Position numbers and translations under genes: made by a program
Notes under the pieces: model-generated
The model's database searches: none
What the model saw: only the letters and a program-made list of their open reading frames with translations
What the model was told of the DNA's origin: nothing
Part shown: positions 29,201 through 41,200 of the stretch, one piece after another
Position numbering within the stretch: position 1 is the first letter of the stretch
Layout: each line of letters begins with the position of its first letter
NCBI RefSeq assembly: GCF_004010195.1
Contig: NC_057750.1
Location: 18,169,466-18,233,465 of the forward strand
From: Chiloscyllium plagiosum
Taxonomy: Eukaryota
Length of the DNA stretch: 64,000 bases
Direction of reading: 5' to 3'

Positions 29201-32200
29201 CACTCTCCCTATAAGAAGTAATAAATCTTTTTCCTGTGTTTCCTTTTACTTGGAATGTATCTTTACTGAATATTTTGAAATCTCACTTGACCAAATTTCC
29301 AAATTAATCTTAGCCAGTTCTATTTCATATCCTTGTCCTTAAATTTAAAACACTTCTCAAACTTACTTCTAAACCTCAAATGGAAGTAGAGCCAAGAACA
29401 AGTTTGGGCACGTGACAAGTCAAGACACCTAACACTTGATGAGAAACAGATCTTTGTGTTCTTTACAAAGAAATAGCAATCAAAACCACGTATTGAGCTC
29501 ACTAAATCAGCAGAACACAAGAATGTGGTGTGGATTTCTGAGAGTCCACAAGAGTCCTCCTGGTGGACTGCAAGTTAGTCCAAAGTACAACAGAGTCTGA
29601 GTATGCAAGACTTACTGGTGTAGCTCCAAAGCACCTGCTGCCATTACCAACAAATAACTGAGATCACATTTCAATACCACACAAGCTGGAAATAAAAGAG
29701 GACCCAGCTGAATTTTGAATTTGATAAAAGACTGAAGCCCTCTAGTTTACAATTTGTTATCAATTTAATGTTGAACATCAGCATGACTCTTCTGGGAGCA
29801 GAGGAGGACCAATTCCAATACCGAACAACCCAGATGGCCTCCTTCTTCAAAGACCGCAATTTCCCCTCAGACGTGGTTGACGATGCTCTCCACCGCATCT
29901 CCTCCACTTCCTGCTCCTCCGCCCAAGAACCCCGCCCCTCCAATCGCCACAGGAGAGAATCCCACTGGTCCTCACCTACCACCCCACCAACCTCCANNNN
30001 NNNNNNNNNNNNNNNNNNNNNNNNNNNNNNNNNNNNNNNNNNNNNNNNNNNNNNNNNNNNNNNNNNNNNNNNNNNNNNNNNNNNNNNNNNNNNNNNNNNN
30101 NNNNNNNNNNNNNNNNNNNNNNNNNNNNNNNNNNNNNNNNNNNNNNNNNNNNNNNNNNNNNNNNNNNNNNNNNNNNNNNNNNNNNNNNNNNNNNNNNNNN
30201 NNNNNNNNNNNNNNNNNNNNNNNNNNNNNNNNNNNNNNNNNNNNNNNNNNNNNNNNNNNNNNNNNNNNNNNNNNNNNNNNNNNNNNNNNNNNNNNCAACT
30301 CCAGTTGGTACTGCTTACTCCACCTTCCTCATTTCCCCTCCCCCCACCTTTTCTCAGTCCCAACCATCGGACTCAGCACTGCCTACTGGACCTGCAATCT
30401 TCTTCCCGATCTCTCCGCCCCCAACCCCTCTCCGGCCTATCACCCTCACCTTAACCTCCTTCCACCTTTCGCATTCCCAACGCCACTCCCCCAAGTCCCT
30501 CCTCCCTACCTTTTATCTTAGCCTGTTTGGCACACCCTCCTCATTCCTGAAGAAGGGCTTATGCCCGAAATGTCGATTCTCCTGCTCCTTGGATGCTGCC
30601 TGACCTGCTACGCTTTTCCAGCGTTTTTCAGCTCTGATCTCCAGCATCTGCAGTCCTCACTTTCTCCTAGGAACCATAGATGGTCTGGAGGATCTTTTGC
30701 TCTACCTAAGGGATCTGCGATCAAAGACACTTGAGAACCATTGCTCTACATCATTTCATCTAGGAGAATGTGAGGAGAACTTCATCTGGTTCAATAATAA
30801 TTAATATCCAAAACATTGCCTAGACGTTCCAGCATGTGTAGCAAATAGCCAGCATAGAATACAGACAGGACATTGAAGGAATTCCCTTTGTTACTGTCAA
30901 TTCAGACTTCACATTCTTTAACATTTACAGCAATAACTTAAAATTACATAATTCATTTAATGCAACAAAACATCCCAAGTCGACAGTTGTTGACACATTT
31001 ATCATTTTAGTTTTATTTATCATCATCTTTGGTTTGGATCTCTGAACGGAGAGCCACGAAGAGACCTTTGAATTGTGGGTAGCAGCCTGCCTTTGGAAAA
31101 AAAACGATAATTGCTTACAAGGCCAGGACTGGAGGTTAACTGCTGATTGAACAAGAATCAAAGAATGCTCGAGACATTATGGTTCCAGAGCTGCAAGATG
31201 CTCAAACAGATGGTAGATATTTGAAAGTTAACAGAGGCCTCATAGGGAGGCAGCCAGTCTAACAAGAAACAACCAAGATTGAACTGGATTTTGAACGATT
31301 AAAGTCAGAAGGATTGTGCCTGCAAAAGCTACAGGACTGACGTTTCACTGTTTCCTAATTGTCCTCCTATCAACTTACTGTACATTTGGAGAATAGCATC
31401 CCAGTATTAAGTAAATATTCCACAGAGCCTACTGGAAGCTAGCTGCATGTTTTGGTGTCTTCAGAAACCAAGCAAGACACAATCGCATTTGCGTGTGATG
31501 TTACAGATGTGGAGTCCACTTGAGTGAACTAACCATTTACATTTTATTTTTCTTTTGATTTATCCCTTAACTATGCCTGTTTGCCATTGAGAGAGTGGGT
31601 TTAAATCACAGATATTAATTAGATTATCTTATGGTTTAACTTTGTTCTGCTAAAGCTACTGTATTATTCATAAATTGTTAGTTCTTTTGTTTAAGCTATT
31701 ATCTGGTGTCTGGTATCAGTTATTCACAAAATCTAGAACTAGTTTTTGAAAAAGTCTGGTTAAGAACCATTGGAGCAATTTTGAGATCATTGCATTTTTA
31801 ATTTTATTGCATTGTGAATAAAGGGATAGGGAGGCTGATTTGATTTGGCTATCTTCAATGTTTTAACAGAGTACAGTACTATAAAACAAAACATGACACT
31901 GTCATATAAGATAGTAGATCAGATAATCAAAAGCTTGGGTCAAAGGTGGTTTAAGGAGCATCTTTAAGGAAGAAAATTAGATAGTGTGTAGGGAGGCAAT
32001 TCAGACCTCAAGGCTGAGGCAACTAAAATCCAGGGTGCTCAAGAAGCTGGGGGAGGAGATCTGCAACACACTATCAAAGTAGGAATGAATGAGGCAGTGA
32101 AGGAATTTAAAAACAAGAACAAGAATGTTAACATCCAATTGTTGCTTCATGGGCAAACAAGATGGTGTGAATGTTAGCATTTGGACAGCTACATTTTGGG

Positions 32201-35200
32201 CGATCTCAAGCTTTAAGTTCGTGGAATGTGAAAAATCAGCCAGAGTTATGTTGGAATGGTCAGCAGAGAGATAATGAAGGCATGGATGAAGTCAGGCAGG
32301 CAATCTCAGAGAAATGGAAATAGATAATCTTAGTGACAATGCAAATAGGAGTTAAGATGCTCATCGTTGCAAACAAACAAAGTCTTGTTTATTCTCAATC
32401 TGTTACCAGGAAAATGGATGTATTTAGCACCGAGGCAATAGACCTTGGAGTAGGATCTGAAAACAATGGCTTCAGGCTTCCTCGCATTTAATCGGAGGAA
32501 ATTTCTGCTTATCCAGATAAAATTATGCAGAACATAACCTCAACTGGAGTAGTGTGTCCAGCCCTGGGCACCACTTTTCATGCAAGATCTGAAGGTCCTG
32601 GAAAGAGTGCAGGAATGATTTCAGCGACCTTCTTCAGACTTGAAAGGTTAACTCTGCTTTCTTTCCACACATTACCAAGCCTGCTGAGATTTTCAGGATT
32701 TTCTGATTTTGTTTCTGATTTTCAGCATCCACAGTTCGTTCATTTTTTTTGTTTATGTCAAGGTACAGTGCATTAAAAACAGGGGTGGCCAAACAATGAC
32801 CATCACCAATAAGTGACACTAATCACCGCCCCTTGACATTCAACATTATTACCATCACTGAATCCCCTCACTGTCAACATCCTTGGGGTTACCATGACCA
32901 GAAACTCAACTGGACTCACCACATAAACACAGTGGCTAGAAGAGCAGGTCAAAGACTAGGGATACTGCAGCAAGTAATGCACTTCCTGACACCCCAAAAG
33001 TCTATCCACCATCTACAAGGCACAAGTCAGAAGTGTGATGGAATACTCCCCACTTGCCTGGATGGGTGCAGCTCCAACAACACTCAAGAAGCTTGACACC
33101 ATCCAGGACAAGAGTGGTGCTGGAAAAGCAGGTCAGGCAGCAGCCGAGGCGCAGGAAAATTGACATTTCGGGCAAAAGCCCTTCATCAGGAATGCTGCCT
33201 GACCTGTTGTGCTTTTCCAGCACCACTCTAATCTTGACTCTGATCTCCAGCATCTGCAGTCCTCGCTTTCGCCTATCATCCCGGACAAAGCAACCCGCTT
33301 GTTTGCCGCCACATCTCCAAACATTCAATCCCCCGACTACCGACACTCCGTAGCAGCAGTGTATACTATCTACAAGATGTACTGCAGAAATTCACCAGAA
33401 ATTGGTACAAAATCTCAGTTACAGAAAGAAGAAGATAAACATAGAAATAAATTTTAAAAGTTCAGCACCACAGTCTTTTTAGCATAAAAGTAGAAAAATA
33501 AAGAAATAAAGTTAAAATGTCAAACATTACAGTCCTTTCTTGAGCCATGGGTTAGCAGATGCTCCAAGCTGGGCTTCTGGAAGGTTTACTCCCCCTGGAA
33601 CTGGGCAGGCTTTCCTGTGAAAACCCACATTGGGCTAAAACCCAACTGGGCACGCCAGGCTTCGCTGCTGCTCACAAGGCTTGATCTGGAATAGTCAGCT
33701 CAGATTTGTTAGAGGGAGATCCTGTCGACTAACTGAATTGAGCTTTTTTTGAAAAGTTGACTAAATATATTCATGAGCGAAATGCAATTGGTTTACAAGG
33801 GCTTGACAAGGTCCCAGGTGGAAGGCTGGTCCAAAAGGTTAGAGCTCATGAAATCCAAGGCAGGTTGGCAAACTGGATCCCAAATTGGCTTATAAATAGG
33901 AGGCAAACAGTGATGGTGGGGGTTGCTTTTGTAATTAGAAGCCTGTGACAAGTTGTGTACGACAGGGATTAGTGCTGGGACCCTTGCTGTTACTTCTGAA
34001 CATTAACAATTTGGATGTGAATGCAGAAGGTTTAATTAGTAAGGTTGCAGATGACATGAAAATTGGGAATGTTGTTGATAGTGAGGAAGATGGTCTTGGG
34101 CTACAGTTTGATAGATTGGGCTGTGCAATGGCAGATGGAATTTAATCCTGCTAAGTGTGATGGTGATTGTAGAAGTTTAACAAGGGAAGGAAGCACAAAA
34201 TGAACGGTAGACACTTAGGGAGTACAGAGGACCAAAGGGCCTAAGTAGATAGGGTGATGAAAAAGGCATACAGGATGATTGCCTTCATTTGCCAGGGCAT
34301 AGGACAAAGCCACAAGGATGTCTTGTTACAACTTTAGAAAATATTAGTTGGGCCACAGATGGAATACCGTGTGCAGTCCTGGTTGCCAGACTATCAGAAG
34401 GATACGATTGCACTGGAGAGGATGGTGAGGAGATTTACAAGGATGTTTCCTGGGATGAAAAATCTTAGTTATCAGGAGAGACTGAATAAGCTGGGCAAGT
34501 TTCCCTTGGAGCATAGGAGGCGGAGAGAGTGGATCTGACTGAGGTATATGAAAATATGAGAGCCACAGACAGATCGTGAGAATCTCTTCTCTGTTTCTAA
34601 CAATAGAGGGTATAAGTTTAGACGAGAAGCAAATAATTTAGAGGAGATCTGAGAATGATTTTTTTTCATCCGGAGGGTCGATTAAATATGGAATGTGCTG
34701 TCCGAGAGGGTGGTGGAATGTTTAAGAAGCATCTTTAAGAATGTCAGGACACAGCTGGCTATGGATCAAGTGTAGATAAATAGGATTAGTGCAATCTGGT
34801 GTTCATAGAATCACATAATCTCTACAGTATGGAAAGAGGCCATTTAGCCCACCAAGTCTACACTGACCCTCTGAAAAGCATCCTACTCAGACCCACCACC
34901 CAACCCTATCTCTGTAACCTACATTTACCACAATTTATCCACCTAGCCTGCACATCCTTGGACACTAGAAGGCAATTTAGTAGGCCAATTCATCTAACCT
35001 GCACTCATCTGGACTGTGGGAAGAAACCAGATCACCCAGCAGAAACTCACACCGACACGGGAGAACATGCAAATACCACACAGACAGCCGCCCAATGGCT
35101 AGAATCAAACCTGAGACCTTGGCACTGTAAGGCTGCAGTGAGGGGTGCTGATAACCACTGTACCACCATGCCACCCATTGGTCAGCATAGACATGACAGG

Positions 35201-38200
35201 CTGAAGGACCTATTTCCATGCTGTATGAATCTATGACAACAGCTGGTGGTCAAATTCAATTTAAAAATATGACAAATAAAGCTGGTATCTGTGAAATTTT
35301 CAAGGTCATTTCATTTGCAAAAACCCATGTTATATCTTCACTAATGTCTTGTAAGGAATTACCACTATTACTCCATTTGGCTTAAATGCTATTTCATAAC
35401 TGAAGCAATGTGCACTCGAGTTGGTCTCGGTTCAAGAGCTATTAGGGATAAACTACAAATGCTTGCCTTATAAGCACATTCCATGAAATAATAACAAGCT
35501 AAAAAAGTTCAAGACACAAGCTGAGAAACAGCTAAATGTTCATCATTTCTACTTGCAACTGCACATTTAAAAACAATCACAAGTAATTCAAGAAAACAGA
35601 TTTCTGATCTGTGAAATTCTGGCTTTCAGAAACTGTTGGGAAAACTCAGGTGTGGCAGCATCTGTGGACAGAAAGCAGAGTTAACACTTCAGGTCCAGTC
35701 ACCTTTCTTCAAATGGGTCACTGGACCTGAAAAATTAACTGCTTTCTCCTTGCAGATGCTGCCAAACTTACTGAGATTTCCTAGCAGTTTCTTTTTTTTT
35801 GGTTTCCAGCGTCGATAATTTTTTTTAAATTCTAGTTTTCATTGTCCTTACCTGAAATATAAATTGTCTCAGTTTGATTTATTGAAATGTTGGATTTTTT
35901 TCCTCCGTTGGGACTTGATGCCACAGGAACAACCTTAAGGTATGTGGAACCTGATTTCAGCTGTTTCTTGGAAAAAAAGTGAAAGAAAAACATTACACAA
36001 AATTCACTCACAAAAGAAGTTCAATGCATCTTTATTTAAGGACAGGAGCCAGCCACTTGTTTGACATTAGCTCCTAATTGGAATCATTCACTCATACATC
36101 TTTCCTCTGCTAGCCCCTACATCTTTTAATGTTCTTCATATATCCAACGATCAGTCAAGTTGACAATGGATTCCACCTTCCAGTAACACTAAGTCAAAAC
36201 TTCTAATGCCTGTACTATTTCTAGTTGTAATGCTCATTTACATTCTTTTGGGTGCCACCATTGAAAATAATCTTTCACTATTAAATAGTAATTTCAAAAC
36301 TTCTATTGGATCTCTCTTTATCTCCAATAAGCAATATCACTAAAAACATTTATTAAGAGCCTTATCCCTTTTTCATCCTGCCGCCAACAATACCGTTGTT
36401 CCATTATTGCAACACCCATCCTACTCTTTCAAAACAGTCCCTTATGGGACACTGTTTCAAAGGTATAAACTAACAATTAATGGAAACTTATACAAAGGTG
36501 AAAAGAAACTTAACAAATCAAAATAACATTGTCAAGGTGATGATGCACCCGAGTCTTTGCGAAGGCCATGGGTCTCGAAAGGCTTTTATTGTGCGAGTGA
36601 ACAGTACATGCCCCCTCTCGACAGACACCCAAGCGTGGACACAGCTGCGAAAGAGGAGCAGACAGTCAGGTACAATGATCCCCTCCATGACCTGCTGTTT
36701 GGACCTGTTAATGTCCAATTTAGTCAGGCTCAAGAGCAGACACAGAAGGCCCAACTCACTACACAGGGTGCCCTTAGATCATATGTGGTTGAAGTGCAAT
36801 GAGAAATTAAGGAGAAGCCCTTTAAAAAAAAAACTGAAAAGTGGCTATAAAATGAAAACAGACAACAAAGATGTGGGAAACAGTTTCCTCCAGACCACAA
36901 AAACTATATGTGGCCTAGCACCCAGTGGTTGCATGGGACTACTGCATGCATGCAGAACAACGATGGACAAGACAGTGGTTAGCACTGCAGCCTCACAGCG
37001 CCAGGGACCCGGGCTCGATTCCAGCCTCGGGCAACTGTGTGGAGTTTGCACATTCTCCCCGTATCTGCTTGGGTTTACTCCAGGCGCTCTGGTTTCTTCC
37101 CACTGTCCAAAGATGTGCAGATTAGGTGAATTTGCCTTGCTAAATTGCCGATAGTGTACAGGATGTGTAGGTTAGATGCATTCTATGACCTGCTCAGAAA
37201 TATTACAGCACACTTCTGGAGCAGGTGAAACTTGATCCAGGACTTCTGTAGCTTGGAGGTATAGCCTTTACCACTATGCCACATTAGTCCTCATAACACC
37301 CATGGGTGAATGGGTGAATACAGCAACAAATCTGTGGCCAAAATACTCCAGCCTACATTTCTAAGACTCTGGAAACTGGGAAAAGGGAAAGGCTTTGAAA
37401 ACATCCAATGGGACCCCCACGATAGTGGTTACAACTTGAATAAATCTATAAATCAGAAAGTAACATTCAGTCCCAAATAGTCAACGATGTCTACAAAATT
37501 CTCACAAACGAATCTTCAAAGTGAAACTTTTAGTCACATTTTCTTCAAAATGAGTCTAAACTCTTTCACCTAATTAAGATAGCTAATAAAACAAACAAAA
37601 GACAAATCTCAATCTAATAAGCGCAATGGATATGAAAATCAGAAATAAGAACCAAAAGTGCTGGAGAAACTCAGCAGGTCAGCAGCACCTGTAAACACTG
37701 AAACTGAATTAACGGTCAATTTCATATGACTTCTTCAGGTTCTGATACTCAGATCTTATTCAGAGGTGACTGGTGTGAGGAAATCAAATTCTCTCACTAC
37801 TGCCAGGAGAAGGCAATTTGTCTGTCACTGCTGGGGAAACATGGAAGAAATTAGATTTTGTAATATTAAGTCTCACCTTCTGTGGAGCTGTGGCACAAAC
37901 TGCAGATTCTTTATTGTTACTGGCTAATTGTGTCTTATTGTCATATTGACTGGCTATTTTGGGTCTTTTAGGTGCCGAATTGTCATTCTTCTGTTTTGTA
38001 CACTTAGCTTTCGCGTCCACACTGGTGCTTTGTATATCTCTGATGAAAATGCCTTTGTTTGTCACACTAAAATGCTTCTCTAACACTGGAGACATTTCCA
38101 AGTGTGAAGATTTATTTTTCAGTGGTGCACCAAAGTCAGGTGAACGAGTAGTGTTTTGTTGAATATTGCATGATGGGTCCAACGTGGTTGGAGTTTGACA

Positions 38201-41200
38201 ACCAATCTCTGGTATCTTGTAGTCATACAAGAGTGACTGCTCAATGATCTTCCCTTCTTTCTCCAGATACTCATCAAGCAAGTCGCTAACAAATGCTGAT
38301 CTATTTTTAATAACCGCTGGGCTGACACCTAGTAATAAAAAGGAGGGATAGTTCAGAAAGAGAGTAACTAATGACAATAGCATTGAAATAGTCCATTACC
38401 ACCAATACAATCTTACTAATTCAGCTTCTGCTTAAGGAGACAAAAGAGAGGGGGAGGTTTTTCTAATATGGAGTCTTTTTTACATGTGGTTTTGCTAATG
38501 AAACCTCTTAAATCCTCACTCTCACACACAGCAATTGTGGAGCAAATCAAAGTTAGGAAAATAACAGAACAAGTCAATGCTGTTTTTGTCACATTTCACA
38601 AAGAGGAAAGATCTGCACAAAGTTGCCCAAGACTGAGATATATCAAAGTATGGATGTAATTCTGAGTGGAAACCATGAGGAAGACTTTTGCAGTCAACAA
38701 AGTAACATGGAACAAAAATGCACAGAAAGTCCCAGGCATAGGTTAAAAAAATTGTTTAGATGCTGACAAACTAAGCTAATTACTTCAAAATCAGAACTAA
38801 CACCTTTCAATGCTGACAGATACTATACAGTGGGACAGATATGCTTTTTTAAAATCTGTGTAATATAGCATCGCTCTTTATTTAGGGAAATCATAATTAA
38901 AACAACAAATTATTGTCTTTGAAGAAACCCCGTTACCAGTAAAACTTTCTGGAATTGGGAAAGCAGTACAATCAAATATTTATATACCTAAAGCCCAACG
39001 CTGCAACTTCAACAAGTAGCAAGAATAATTTGTTAGAATTATAGAATTGTACAGGACGGAAAGTGAAATTTGGGGTCACTGAGCATGCCCTCTATTCCAC
39101 TTTATTAGATCAAGTGATTCTTGTGTGAACGAAATTAGTAGTTAATCAGAGCCAGGATTTGAAATCATGCTGAAACATTAGCAGTAAAGCATTGCAATCT
39201 GAAAAGATACCAAATCCCACACAGTCAACGGTTCAACAAAAGTTGGCCCTTGAGCAATCTAGTAAAGTGAATCTGGCAGTAAATCTATAAACTTCTAAAA
39301 AGGAGAAGGCAGGTCTATTGGAATGACATAAAACTTATTCACAAAAGGTTTCAAGCAGAAACCACGTTTGGCTTAGTTAGTCCACATTTTCATAAGCATG
39401 AATCACAAGGCTTTACAAGAGTTGTTTTGGATCTTCCTTTGTACTAATCGTGGGCTAGTAACTCAATTTTTTCAGCTCTTGTGCTTTTTCAGACATGCAC
39501 ACACCCGAGAATCACAAAAGAAAAGCAAAATTATAAATATTCTTCTTTACTTAAAGGTGACGGACTTGGATTGTTTTCAGGTGACCCAGGCTGCAGGTTA
39601 AACTTGTTCTTCCAACCCTTAATCTTGGTGAGATCATTTGTTTTTCCTGTTCGGGAGATAAATGGAATTCCAGTTTCTGAAAGAAAATCAAGTCACAAGT
39701 TGCTTAAACACTGATGAAGGAAATTTAGTGGCACAGCTCTGGCATACTCTAGCCTGTCAACCTGCCCTCAAGGATTTTCTCCCAGCATTCTGTCCAAATA
39801 TTTGCGTAGAAAAGTAATACTGTAATCAGAAACAGTAGTGAGAATCAGCACACATTCAGATTATAAGAGGTTTCCGATGCTGCAGATCAACATGTTAAAA
39901 TGCAACTTCTCAGATCAAGGTGTATACCATGCCTGAGTAATATATTAAAGCAGGTATTTAAAGACTGGTGTGTAAATGGTTACTCATAGGCAAAGGCCTC
40001 AAGGACCAAACTAAACATTTCACTTGGTCCAAGCTTGGGCTGGATTAAACTGCTGAATCACAGGTACGATAAAGACATCTTCGCCAATCTTCTGCCATGT
40101 TCACTTTCCTTCAATTTTGTCTATTTAAAACATCTTCAGCAAGTGCAGCCAAACTATAGGCAATGGAATCTGTCAATCTGACCATAAGTCCCAGGTATTA
40201 CTCTTCTGTTGGCACTTTTTCTTTTTAGCTTATTGATTTATCTTGTTTGAGTCTCATGGTAACATAGAAAGGCTGAGAGCTTGATTGTATCACCTTATTA
40301 GTGGATAAAAATTCGTTGCCAGCAGCTTATGATATGCCAAAGCAAGGAGAGTGTTAAATCTTGAATTAATATGTGGCTCATGGTTCCATAACATGAACTC
40401 CACTGAAACTACTTGCCTGCATGATCGGACTCCGTCAGATGCTCCATCTTACAAACATTTCCAGTCGCATTATCAATGCAGGTTGTCAGTTAACCTGGCC
40501 AACACAACTGGAATCTTAACCAGTCAATGTTCTTCCCTTGTACCACTCCCCACCTTGACCATACAAACCAGATTAAATAGCAACAGACCCAATAGTTAGT
40601 TGAAGGTCGGTTCTTACTGACAGAAATAAAAATGAAATCCTTACCTCGAATCCCATGAGATTCATTTACAGGAAAAGAAGAAACCAATTCAACATTCTGC
40701 GTGGAAGCCAGTCCTAAATGTTCCACATTTATACATTCAGTGAGATGGAGATCACTCAGTTTTATTCCAACTGGATAAAAGAAATGGAAAAATACAGGCA
40801 AAAAAATCACAACAGTAGTGCAGAATGTTCAAATCATAATGGTCATTTAGCTCAGTTTACAAATATTTTAAAAGGAGACATTATCAATTTTGGTGCTACA
40901 AAAATGAAACATGGATTTATGCCAGTGATCAGTGTTTATAAACTTTACTGATTTCAGTTCTGCCACTTAAAATTTACACAAAGAGAGAAGCAATGTGGCA
41001 AGTTTCCCTTTCCTTCCAAGGGATAATAGAAACTAAAGACAAGGAAGTTGGGAAGAGAGGAGGGAAAACCTTAGAAAAAACAGAAAAACACATTGGGCCA
41101 GAATTTACTACAAGGCTTATCGATGGTTAAAATGCGCAGCAACTTTCGGCAAGATGTGTGGGGTTACCTTAAAACATCCAAATTTGATATTAGTCTGCAG

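Larger units (their letters stand above)
29790..30670 (+). mobile_element. Neptune-type PLE fragment spanning an assembly gap
   Basis: [32 protein letters not shown]; pLTR with hammerhead at the 3' end. Confidence 0.85.

Noticed and set aside
29409..29414. CACGTG E-boxes (also at about 811, 20057 and 26177) as MGA/MAX autoregulatory sites
   Set aside because: A handful in 64 kb is compatible with chance, and there is no clustering or CpG island.
29671..30521. Long ORFs spanning N runs (also at 43627-44331 and 52002-52743)
   Set aside because: Artefacts of translating through assembly gaps.
30925..31161. Minus-strand ORF containing DLGC..C as a possible DUF4801 remnant
   Set aside because: The Cys spacing does not match, the phase-1 reading from the nearby acceptor hits TGA, and there is no good donor.
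36480..37154. 224-aa and 81-aa plus-strand ORFs
   Set aside because: They are the antisense of a Tx1 remnant running into a SINE, not a gene.
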